From: Vicinamibacterales bacterium
GTDB taxonomy: Bacteria > Acidobacteriota > Vicinamibacteria > Vicinamibacterales > JAMQPK01
Reading direction: 5' to 3'
Assembly: GCA_963744405.1 (NCBI GenBank)
Contig: CAVUTO010000008.1
Location: 25,163-89,162 of the forward strand
DNA length: 64,000 nucleotides
Positions 20,833 to 30,342 of this stretch are shown here, one piece after another. The notes under the pieces are model-generated. The model was not told the DNA's origin. It saw only the letters and a program-made list of their open reading frames with translations, and made no database searches. Numbering within the stretch: position 1 is the stretch's first letter; each line of letters starts with the position of its first letter. The position numbers and the translations under genes are program-made.

Positions 20833-21099
20833 GCGGCAGCAAGGCCATCAGCCCTTCTGCCAGAGTGGCGCGCCAATGTAACTGGTCATGACCACCTCCG
20901 GTTTCCCGATACGTGAGGACGTAGCCCTCGGCGCGCAACACGTCTCGAAAGTGGCGGTTTCCAATACTGATTGCTCTCTTGAAGCGCAATCTCATCGATG
21001 GGCCGCTGCGCCGACGGGCTCGTACAGTCCCGTCTCGATGTGAAAGCGGATAGGCAGGTGAGGAGACTCTGCGTACATCGCGGCAAGCGAGTTGGGCTC
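20825..21099 (-). pseudogene. C-terminal remnant of an enterochelin-esterase-like alpha/beta hydrolase
   Basis: Hand translation gives PNSLAAMYAESPHLPIRFHIETGLYE, a frameshift, then NRHFRDVLRAEGYVLTYRETGGGHDQLHWRATLAEGLMALL. No N-terminal part is present. Confidence 0.7.
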
Positions 21100-21106
21100 A
21101 GATCTG

Positions 21107-21136
21107 GACGGCCGGCGGTAACAACCGCCGGCCGTC
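21107..21136 (-). terminator. GC-rich hairpin downstream of PD40 gene 2
   Basis: GACGGCCGGCGG-taacaa-CCGCCGGCCGTC. Confidence 0.6.
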
Positions 21137-21146
21137 GCACAGTTCG

Positions 21147-23230
21147 CTAGCGCGGACGCGGCAACAAATTCTTAATCGCCCAGACTTCGCCCTTTGTCTG
21201 CGTCCCCGTGAATGCGAGGTGACGGCCGTCGGGCGAGAGTTCGGCCGTTGTGATCGATTCGAACGTGATGTCCAGTTTTCGCGGCTCGCCTCCGGCGGCG
21301 GGAAACGCCCAGACCCGCCGCATGGAATCCGATTCCTCGACAACACCTAACACGTACTTGCCGTCTCGCGTCCAGAGTCCTGTCTGCGGTGTGGGACGCG
21401 CAGAGTTGCCACGGAATACGATGTGCGGCGCGCCGCCGGCTGTGGGCACAACGACCAGGTGCCGGTCGCCTTTATCGCTGACGTTCACCATGAAAGACAA
21501 ACGGTCTCCCTCAGGTGAAATGGCTAATCCGAAAAGCCCGACGCCAAGCGACTCGGCATGATAGAGCTCAATTTCGTGCCCCGAAACGACATCTCTCTTG
21601 ATGAGGCGTAACAGCCGGCCTGCAGGAGCTCCCGTATCGCGCCGTGTGAAATATAGGAATCGACCATCGGGGGACATCGCGAAGCGCGGATACAGTTTGC
21701 CAAGATCGTCTTGGAACAATGGTCTCACGGCGCCGGTTTCAACGTCGACGTTGTGGATGGTCGTCACGCGCTTCGTATAATCTGCCTCGGGGACGAGGAG
21801 CGATCGGCTGTCCGGAAGCCACTTCGCTCCGAAAGCTCCGGCAGCAAACCCATCCACGAGCTTGAATGGGAGGGTCCGCTCGGTACCATCTGCCAACGAC
21901 CGAATGATAATGGAGCGCTTCAAACGATCCGCGCCGCGGACAAACAGTATGTAGCGTCCGTCTGGCGACCACACTGGAGCGATGTTTGAGCCGACGAACT
22001 GATCGGACAGGCGTTTCGGCTTCGTAAGCACCTCGAGCGTGTCAGGACTCACGTCGGTCACATACACATCCTGAGTCACATTTCTGGTGCCGTAGAAGTA
22101 CGAGCCATCGCGTGTAAAGCCCATACTTAGTATGTTTCCAACGCCCGGTCGTACGATCGCCGGCTCGCCTTGAGGTTTTCCGTCAACGACATCCATAAAC
22201 CATAGATCCTGGTTTCCGGATCTATCGCTGAGAAACGTGACGCCTCGGCCATCGGGCGTCCACACCGGCGATCTATCGTCGGCTGTTCCCCGTACCAGCG
22301 GCGACTCTCGCGAGCCGTCCACGGCTATCGCATAGATGCCGGTGTCGGTGTTCGATCCAACCTTTGAGATTGCATACACCAGGAATCGTCCGTCAGGTGA
22401 GAATGCGCCGAGCATCGGTCCTCGCCACTCCGTAGATTTCAATGTAGTCACGGACCCGCCGGCTGCGTCTATAAGCACAATGCGCCAGGTTCCGTCGCCT
22501 GTGTCGCGCACAACCGCAGCCAGCCGTCTCCCATCGGGCGACCACCGGGCTGATAAGTGGCGTGCGGACCCAGCCGCGCGATGACTCGCGGCGGCCCACC
22601 GTCGACGCCGACCGTCCGAAGCGAAGTTGTGCGCTCGCCGAAGAACATGTAGGCGATTTGCTTTCCGTCAGGCGATATTGCCGGGTCATAGGCATATCCG
22701 TCCGCGCCGGTGGCATTCGTGAGACGCTGGTTTCGCCCGGTCGTCAGGTCCCGGATGGCAACGTTGCCGGTGTCCGAAGAGTTCCAGTCGATGAACGTCA
22801 GGAACTTGCCGTCGGCCGATGGGCTGCCTTCCACGTTCACACCATCCCCGACCCAGACCTGTCGCGCGACAACGTGCGTATCCACTGGTTTGTCCGCCCC
22901 AACAAGGTCATTCAGTCGACTGCGCGCTTCGGCCGCCTGTGGCTGCTCGCCATAATCGCGGATGATGCGCTGGTAGACTGCCCTCGCCTCGGCATCGCCA
23001 AGCTTCTGATAGCACTCGGCCACGCGGAGGAGAGCCCTCACAGCCGCGGCGCGATCGCCGCGCGTGCGATCTGCCGATACTGCTCGATCGCCTTCCTGCA
23101 GATCGCCTTCGACCTCTTCCGCGTGCTGCGCAGCTTTGAACTGCGCCTCGATCGACCGCGGCGCCTGCGCAAGGACGAGCGTCGTCGCGGTCATGCCGAA
23201 TGCCAGCGTGAGCGTGATGAGTCGTGTCAT
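21147..23230 (-). CDS. Secreted TPR + PD40/TolB-like beta-propeller protein (module 2), frameshifted
   Basis: ORFs 22469-23230 and 21147-22511 are consecutive parts: signal peptide, ALLRVAECYQKLGDAEAR, SPDG repeats, EVWAIKNLLP. Paralogue of 15398-17467. Confidence 0.85.
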
Positions 23231-23260
23231 AAATCCTCCAGCGACGAAGGTAGACGCCGC

Positions 23261-23300
23261 TCGTCAGCCCTCAATCGATCCACTGTCACCTGTCTGTCAC
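23261..23300 (-). promoter_or_regulatory. Phased GTCA box array upstream of PD40 gene 2
   Basis: GTCA at 23263, 23285 and 23296 (spacing 22 and 11); CTGTCACCTGTCTGTCAC. Confidence 0.65.
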
Positions 23301-23978
23301 GCCTTCGCCGTCGAACCGGTAACCCAGCCCGCGCAGCGCAATGAGGTAACGCGGACGTTCAGGATCTGGCTCGATTTTCTTGCGCAGGTTCGTCACCTGG
23401 TTGTCGACGACGCGATCGGTCACGTGCGTGTCTGTGCCCCAGACCTCATCGAGCAGTTGCGTGCGCGTGAGAAGACGTCCTTCGCGCTTCACGAATGCCG
23501 AGAGCAGCTTGAATTCGAGCGCGGACAACTCGATCCGCTTGCCGGCGCGGCGCAACTCGCATCGCACGAAGTCGAGCTCGGCATCGCCGAAGCGATACAC
23601 GTCGGGCATTTGCCGAGCCGCCCGCCGCAGATGCGCTTTCACGCGCGCTCGCAGCTCGCGGGCGCTGTAAGGCTTGGTCACGTAATCGTCCGCGCCGACT
23701 TCGAAGCCGAGCACCTTTTCGGCTTCCTGTGCCCGCGCGGTCAGCAGCACGATTGGCGTATCGATGCCGGCGGCCCGCAGCTCTCTGCAAATCTCGAAGC
23801 CGTCCTTCCCGGGCAGCATCACGTCGAGCAGAATCAGGTCGAAGCTTCCGGATCTCCCTCGCTGCGCGGCAGTATCCCCATCGGACGCAAGCTCGGTCTC
23901 ATAGCCTTCGCGCCGAAGGTCGTCCTCCAGTGCCATGGCGATGCTCGGCTCGTCCTCGACGATGAGAATTTTGCTCAT
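23286..23978 (-). CDS. OmpR/PhoB-family response regulator (module 2)
   Basis: MSKILIVEDEPSIAMALEDDL...GADDYVTKPY...VVDNQVTNLRKKIEPD; close paralogue of 17545-18222. Confidence 0.93.
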   Translation of the reverse strand: MSKILIVEDEPSIAMALEDDLRREGYETELASDGDTAAQRGRSGSFDLILLDVMLPGKDGFEICRELRAAGIDTPIVLLTARAQEAEKVLGFEVGADDYVTKPYSARELRARVKAHLRRAARQMPDVYRFGDAELDFVRCELRRAGKRIELSALEFKLLSAFVKREGRLLTRTQLLDEVWGTDTHVTDRVVDNQVTNLRKKIEPDPERPRYLIALRGLGYRFDGEGVTDR

Positions 23979-25931
23979 GTGTGGGTCGGCTGCAGCGGCA
24001 GCAACGTCGTGAAGCGGCTGCCCGCGCCCAGGCTCGCTCGTCAGCTCGAGCGCGTCCGCCATGCGCGCGAACGATTTCCGCGGCCAGCGTCAGCCCGATG
24101 CCCGTGCCTTTGACATTCATCGTTCGTGGCAGCAGCGCCGCGCGTGAACTTGCGGAAGATTTCCTCGGTCTCCGCTTTCGACACGCCAGGGCCTTCGTCG
24201 TCCACGGAAATGCCGACGAAAGGGCCTTCAGGTTTGACCGAAACGGTTACGCTGCCTGAGGCGCGGCGAGTACTTGATGGCGTTGTCGATGAGATTTCTC
24301 AAAGCCACGGCCAGCGCACTCCGATCGATGTGAATCATCAGCGGCGCCGCATTCGACCCGGCGGCGAGACGTCAAATGCAGCCGGCGAGCGTCCTCTGCG
24401 CGGTGCTCTCGAAACTCTCGCACCGTGTCGGTGACGAACGACACGGCATCGATTTCGACCAGCTCGTACGTGCGGCGTCCCGCCTCGATGCGCCCGAAAT
24501 CGAGCAGGCTCTCGACCATCGCGTGCAGCCGCCGGCTCTCCTTCGCGAGCACACGGTGGTACTGCGCGACGCGCCCTGGCGGCGTCTGTCCATCCTCCAG
24601 CAGCTCGGTAAGATGGCACATCGCCGTCAGTGGTGTCCTGAACTCGTGAGAAACCGCGGCGACGAAATCTGACTGAAGTCGAGCGACGCGCGAGCTCTCG
24701 ATTCACCGCTCTGACCACGAAGTAGCTCGATGCGGCAATGACGAGCACCATCAGGCCACAGGCTCGCCGCGAACAGATTTCGGCGGGACGAGAACGTCAG
24801 CGCGACGGCATCCGGCTCGCCCACGGCAAGCTGAATCGTCCAGGGCAGGCCGGTTTCACGAAACGTCTTTGTGAGGGCGATGTCAGCGGCAGGCACGCTT
24901 CCCCACACCTGGCGTCCCGTCGAATCCTCGAGCGACCAGTGAAGAGGGGAGCGCCCTACGGTCTGGCCGCACGCGAGCCACGAAGATGTCGAGATCGGCA
25001 ACCACGGCAGCTGTGCGAGATCCGGTTCGGCGCCAGACGGCAATGAACGCGCCTGACGCGCCGGTCCACTCCGCTCGTCCAGCCGGCGTGGCCTGCAAAT
25101 CGGGCCAGACGGCTCCGACGGCTTCGGCGCGAGAGAGGAGCGGATTGATGGTCGCGGTCATCGCGCCGGACCGCGTCGCCGCCTCTCGATAGAACTCGAA
25201 CGTCGGTCGATCAATGGCAAATCGTCCTCGAGTCGAGCGCTGCGGCGAGATGAGCCGCTTCGCCGAGCAGCAGCCGCGTGATTGCCGAGCGCTTCGTGCA
25301 GCACGATCGCGCTCACGCCTGGCGACGAGCTCGGATGGCGAGCCCGCAACGGTGACACCACCCATGAGCGGCCAGCGAGCCGTACACCTCGAGCGCTTCA
25401 ACTGGGCGGCGCTGTTTGCGCAGCACACGCGCGAGCCGCATCAAAGCGGCCGCGCGAATCGTGGGAACTCCCGTAGTCTGCGGCACGCCTGTAAGCTGCG
25501 GCCGCGTTCGGGAGATCGTCGCGTTGAAACTCCAGAGCTTCTGCGTCTGCAAAGGTTTGCGGCGTGATGATCTCGCTCGAGCGAACTTGCGGCTGGTACG
25601 GAAGACGCGACGCCGTGCTGTTCGACGATGGCATCCCCCTCAAAGAATGAGGAGCGTCGCCTGGGCAGGCGGGCTCGGGTGAACGTCCGTCAGCGGCGTG
25701 CTGAGCGGCCGTCTCCCATGCGGCGAGCTCTCGTTCCAACTCCTGTGTAACGAGGCTGGCGCCGTTCTCCAACCTGTCGCGCAAACGCTGCACCTCGAGA
25801 GCGCGATCCTGTTCCAGCACGCGCCAGCCGAGCCAGCCAAGGGCAATCAGCGGAATGCCGCTCAACAGCACGAACAGCGCCAGCAGCTTTTTGCGGGGAC
25901 GCCAGTCGGTATTTCCACTTAGGAGCGTCAT
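23975..25931 (-). CDS. Sensor histidine kinase (module 2), multiple frameshifts
   Basis: Fragments: N-terminal TM LLALFVLLSGIPLIALGWLGW, AALMRLARVLRK, ELVARRER, VSHEFRTPL, VESLLDFGRIEAG, NVKGTGIGL. Confidence 0.82.
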
Positions 25932-25942
25932 TCTACGCGCGG

Positions 25943-25982
25943 CTGTCAGCCGTGAATCTGCCGTCTGTCACGATTGTGTCAG
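25943..25982 (-). promoter_or_regulatory. Phased GTCA box array upstream of kinase 2
   Basis: GTCA at 25945, 25967 and 25978 (spacing 22 and 11). Confidence 0.65.
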
Positions 25983-26006
25983 TGATGACCTTGCGAGGCC
26001 TGGGTG

Positions 26007-26041
26007 AAAGAAAAAGGGCCGGAATCTGGTGATTCCGGCCC
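26007..26041 (-). terminator. Rho-independent terminator after the second receptor gene
   Basis: GGGCCGGAATC-tggt-GATTCCGGCCC with an adjacent A-run. Confidence 0.8.
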
Positions 26042-26091
26042 GTGAGATCGACTTGTCGCCAAAGCGCGGCGACCGGCTAGTCACGTTCTCT

Positions 26092-29000
26092 CTAGAACAC
26101 GTACTTCAACCCAAGCTGGACCTGGCGAGAATCCATCCTGGTGCTGGTGATGACGCCGTAGTTGGGGTTGTTGTTGTTGCTGTTGTTGAGCTGCGAGCCA
26201 GGCTGACCCCAGATCGCCGCGTTCGGCAGGTTGAACACTTCGATTCGGAATTCCAGGCGATCGTCGCGGATCGCGAAGTTCTTGTTGAACGACATGTCGA
26301 AGCTCTTGATGCCGGGCCCGACGACCGTGTTGCGCTTCACGGTGCCATAGCGGAACCCCGTTCCGTACTCCGGATTTCGGTCGACGAATGCGGCCGTATT
26401 GAACCAGCGTTCCCGGGTTGGATCGTCTAGCTGCCAATCCGGGCTGCCGGGCGCGGGGTCTGGGTAACATCCGCCGCCGCCATTCTGCACGGTGCCTGTG
26501 CTGCAGTTCAGCGTGAACGGGAACCCATCCTGGAACGTCAGGATGCCGCCGAGCTGCCAGCCGCCGAGCACATAGTCGAGGGCGGTATTGGCGTTCATGT
26601 ACTTCCGGTCGCGGCCGAACGGCAGCTCATAAATCCACGACGTCGTCGAGCGCTTGCGGAAATCGAACGCCGATGGCCCGGTCTCGAGCGCGAGGTCGTA
26701 GTTGTTCGACGGCGTCAGCGGATCGCCCACGCTCGTGCGAACGCCGCTGCCATTGTCGGTCGATTTCCCGTACGAGAACGAGCTCAGGAAGCTGAGGCCG
26801 TGCGAGAACCTCTTCTGTGCCTTGAGGTAGAGCGCGTTGTATTCCGAGCTGCTCGGCGCGTTCATAACCTGCATCCCCCCCAGGTCAGGAAACGGCCGTG
26901 AGCGGTTGACGTCCGCCAGACTGCTTGGCTCGCTGTTGTTGTAGGTCTGCAGGCGCCGCAGGTGCACGCCCCTGGATCCGAAGTAGGTCACTTCGGCCGA
27001 TATCGACCCGGGCAACTCCCTCTGGAATCCGAGCGACCACTGCTCGATGTAGGACGAAGGCACGTCGTACTCGGCAGCAAGGATGAACGTCGGCGATCCC
27101 GTGCGTGCGAATGGCTGCTCGAAGCTGAGGTTCGGGCGGAATGTCGCGGCCGGTTCGCTGTTGCGGATCGTGAACGGCGCGTTGCGCACGGTGTCGAACA
27201 CCGCGTTCCCGATATCGCGCACGTAATAGATGCCGCCGCCGGCTCGAACAACGGTCTTGGGGTCCACCGACCAGGCCAGGCCGACCCGCGGGGCGACATC
27301 GTTGTAGTCGGGCTTGTAGGCGCCCCGGCCGAAACGGCCATCGCGCACATATGGAATGGTCCCGAGACTGAACGGCGGGTTGCCCTCATAGGGATCGCCG
27401 GTGCCCGTCCGTACGAAGACCGGTGCGCGGCTGTTGTCCCAGACGTAGTCGATATTGACGATCTTGTCGTCGACGTCGGTGAACGGCTGGTCGTATTCCC
27501 ACCGCAGCCCGAAGTCGACCGTCACGTTCGGTGTCACCTTCCAGTTGTCCTGGACATAAACGGCGTAGTAATTCGACCGGAAGTCCGCGATGGGTGCGCC
27601 GACCTGCGACTCTGAGTTGTTCATGTGTCCCAGCAGGAAGTCCGCGAATGCCGCGCCGCCCCGCTGCGCCGCGGGCAGGAGCGGCTGTTGCGTGTAGCGG
27701 CCGTCGAAATTGAACCGGCCGCGTGTGACGACGCCGCCGATTTGATCGTACAGGACGCGACGCAGCTCGCCGCCGAACTTCACCGAATGGTTGCCGAGAA
27801 TCCACGAGAAGTTGTCGACGAACTGAATAGTCTTGTCATCGTTGATGAACGGGGCGTCGCTCTCCTCGCCGAGTCCGGAGAGGGCGGTGACGCCGATGTT
27901 CGGCACGCCCCAGTAGAGCGGGTTGTCGCTCGGGATGTTGATGCCGAGCTCCTTGACGACGTTCTCCACATTCGCGCGCGGAGAGATATGAGCGTTCTTC
28001 AACTGCCCGTAGCCAATCCGCATGTCGTTGAGCTTGTTCGTGCCAATCGTCTTTGTGTTGCCCAGCACCATCTGCTGTACGTCGGTATCGGTGTTGCTGC
28101 CCATGTCCGGAATGGCGAAGGGATCGTACCCGAGCTCGTGAGAGATGCTGTGGCGGAAGAACCAATTCATCGTCGCGCTCTGGGTGTAATCGATGCGATA
28201 GGTGTACTGGTCCGAGTTGACTTCTCGCGCCTCGCTGTTCACGAAGTTGGCGCCGGTCCGTTCCTGGTCGGGAGTCGGGTAGTACCTGAGAAGCTTCTGC
28301 GAGGCCTGATGAATGCGGTTGGCCGGAATCCTGTTGCCAGGGAACGCGGTCGGGGCGACAACGACGTTCCCGGCCGCATCGAAGACGCGCGTTGCCGGAT
28401 CGTAGATGACGACCGGGTTCCCATTCGTGTCGCGCAGGTTCGAGAAATCGCCGGATTTCCAGGCGGTCAGCGGAAGCGATGCGTTCGACGTGAGCGACTT
28501 CTCTTCGCGCAGCCCTTCCCAATTGAACATGAAGAAGAGCTTGTTGCTGACGACCGGACCGCCGATGGTCGCCCCGAACTGGTTCCGCGAAAACGGCGCA
28601 ATGGGCTTGTCTTTCGGGTCGAAGTAGTTCTTCGAGTCCATCTTGGCGTTCCGCACGAACTCGAACACGGTTCCGTGGAAGGCGTTCGTGCCCGACTTGG
28701 TGCTCGCGTTGATCTGCGCGACGGCGCGTCCGAACTCGGCGCCGAAGATGCCCGACTCGACTTTGAATTCCTCGAGCGCGTCGACTGAGGGCAGCAGCAT
28801 ATAGCTGTTGAAGTTGAGGTCGGTGTTCTCGACGCCGTCGAGCGAGTAGTGGTTGTAGTGGATGCGCTGGCCGGCGACGTTCAGCGAGAAGCTGTTCCGC
28901 TGGCCGCCCATGCGCTGCTGTCCCTGTGCCGACGCCGGACCGTTCGTCGTAGCGCCCGGAATCAGCGACGCCAGCTGCAGGTAGTTGCGGCCGTTCAGCG

Positions 29001-29433
29001 GCAACTCGACGATGCTGCGGTTCTCGATGACCGTGCCGATCGAGGCGTTCTCCGTCTGTATCACGGGCGTGTCGGCGACAACCGACACGACGTCGGTCAA
29101 CGCGCCGATGGCCATCGTGAACGGGAAGCGGTTCGCGCTGCCGACCTGCACGTTGATAGCCGTTTGCTGGGCCGTCGAGAAGCCCTCGAGCTCGACCTTT
29201 AGCGAATAGGTCCCGGGCGGCACCGCCGGAAAGACGTAAACGCCGGTCTCGTTGGTCTGCGTCAGGCGAACAGCATTGGTGCCGGAATTGGTCAGCGTCA
29301 CTCTGACGCCCGGCAGGACCGAGCCGCTCGAATCGACCACGGTACCGCTGATTTCACCGGATGGGGTCTGCGCAGACGCCGGAAGCGCGAGCGCTGTGAG
29401 AAGAACAAGGCCGAGCAGAAATCGATTACACAT
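26092..29433 (-). CDS. TonB-dependent receptor (carboxypeptidase regulatory-like domain)
   Basis: Start MCNRFLLG after GGAGG, LPLNGRNYLQLA, YVQDNWKVTP, C-terminal RQVQLGLKYVF. Confidence 0.92.
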   Translation of the reverse strand: MCNRFLLGLVLLTALALPASAQTPSGEISGTVVDSSGSVLPGVRVTLTNSGTNAVRLTQTNETGVYVFPAVPPGTYSLKVELEGFSTAQQTAINVQVGSANRFPFTMAIGALTDVVSVVADTPVIQTENASIGTVIENRSIVELPLNGRNYLQLASLIPGATTNGPASAQGQQRMGGQRNSFSLNVAGQRIHYNHYSLDGVENTDLNFNSYMLLPSVDALEEFKVESGIFGAEFGRAVAQINASTKSGTNAFHGTVFEFVRNAKMDSKNYFDPKDKPIAPFSRNQFGATIGGPVVSNKLFFMFNWEGLREEKSLTSNASLPLTAWKSGDFSNLRDTNGNPVVIYDPATRVFDAAGNVVVAPTAFPGNRIPANRIHQASQKLLRYYPTPDQERTGANFVNSEAREVNSDQYTYRIDYTQSATMNWFFRHSISHELGYDPFAIPDMGSNTDTDVQQMVLGNTKTIGTNKLNDMRIGYGQLKNAHISPRANVENVVKELGINIPSDNPLYWGVPNIGVTALSGLGEESDAPFINDDKTIQFVDNFSWILGNHSVKFGGELRRVLYDQIGGVVTRGRFNFDGRYTQQPLLPAAQRGGAAFADFLLGHMNNSESQVGAPIADFRSNYYAVYVQDNWKVTPNVTVDFGLRWEYDQPFTDVDDKIVNIDYVWDNSRAPVFVRTGTGDPYEGNPPFSLGTIPYVRDGRFGRGAYKPDYNDVAPRVGLAWSVDPKTVVRAGGGIYYVRDIGNAVFDTVRNAPFTIRNSEPAATFRPNLSFEQPFARTGSPTFILAAEYDVPSSYIEQWSLGFQRELPGSISAEVTYFGSRGVHLRRLQTYNNSEPSSLADVNRSRPFPDLGGMQVMNAPSSSEYNALYLKAQKRFSHGLSFLSSFSYGKSTDNGSGVRTSVGDPLTPSNNYDLALETGPSAFDFRKRSTTSWIYELPFGRDRKYMNANTALDYVLGGWQLGGILTFQDGFPFTLNCSTGTVQNGGGGCYPDPAPGSPDWQLDDPTRERWFNTAAFVDRNPEYGTGFRYGTVKRNTVVGPGIKSFDMSFNKNFAIRDDRLEFRIEVFNLPNAAIWGQPGSQLNNSNNNNPNYGVITSTRMDSRQVQLGLKYVF

Positions 29434-29529
29434 GGCAAACCTCCAAAAATTTGGAGCGCGAGAACCGAGGGAAGTGTGAACTAGTTTCATAGGTGATCGA
29501 CTGGGATGTCAACATGAACGATGCGGCCT

Positions 29530-30270
29530 TTAGGGCAGTTGGCGGGTTTTGATGTTCCTGAACGAAATCGGGTACTGCTGATACTGAAGGCGGATGTGTC
29601 CGTCGGGGAACTTCGCATCGCGAACGTCAAGCGTCGTCTCGCCATTCAGGACGACAACCAGGTGGTCACCGTCGGCGGTGATCTGCAGCTGGTTCCACTG
29701 ATCCGGTTTGAACGCGTAGTCGCGGGCAGTTTTCGCCGTTCCAACGATGGCGCCGGTGTTGTAGCCGGCCGGCTGCTGCTTCCAGATCTGGACCTCGTAG
29801 CCGCCGGCTTCCTTTGGGGATCGCACGAACACGCCGCTGTTGGCTAACTCAGATGTTCTGAACTCGAGTGACAACACGTGATTCTTGAAGCTCTGATCCG
29901 AGTTCAGATATCCCGCGGGTTCGCCGCACGCTGTTAGCGTGCCGTCTACCACTTCCCAATGTGAACTGCCAGCAGGCGTCGATGCCGATTGCTTCGTGAC
30001 GCACGGCTTCGGAGCGGAGCCGACCGCGGGTAACGCACCGGGCGCTGGAGGCGCGGGTGGCGCGCCGTCACGACCCCGGCCTCCACCGCCGCCCGCTCTC
30101 GGCGGAGGCGGCGCCTGCGAATGCCATCCGTTCAGCGTCTTGCCGTCGAACAGAAGTTGCCACCCTTGCGCCTTCTCCTGTGCGTTCAGGGTATTCATCG
30201 CCTGGGCCGACAACGAGATCGACCACACGAGCAGCGGGAGAAATGCGAGCGAGGCGTGCAGTCTCTTCAT
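29530..30270 (-). CDS. DUF1080 (3-keto-disaccharide hydrolase-like) secreted protein
   Basis: EKAQGWQLLFDGKTLNGW, NSGVFVR, YEVQI, GHIRLQ...ISFRNIK. Confidence 0.88.
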   Translation of the reverse strand: MKRLHASLAFLPLLVWSISLSAQAMNTLNAQEKAQGWQLLFDGKTLNGWHSQAPPPPRAGGGGGRGRDGAPPAPPAPGALPAVGSAPKPCVTKQSASTPAGSSHWEVVDGTLTACGEPAGYLNSDQSFKNHVLSLEFRTSELANSGVFVRSPKEAGGYEVQIWKQQPAGYNTGAIVGTAKTARDYAFKPDQWNQLQITADGDHLVVVLNGETTLDVRDAKFPDGHIRLQYQQYPISFRNIKTRQLP

Positions 30271-30342
30271 GGGGCGTTGCCCTCCTTAGTTGGATGGCGC
30301 CGATTATGACTCAAACCACGCCGCGGCGAGAATGATTGTCGA

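Noticed and set aside
26159-26190. (GTT)n tract encoding NNSNNNNPN
   Set aside because: Short, imperfect and in frame, so a loop expansion and not a phase-variation switch.
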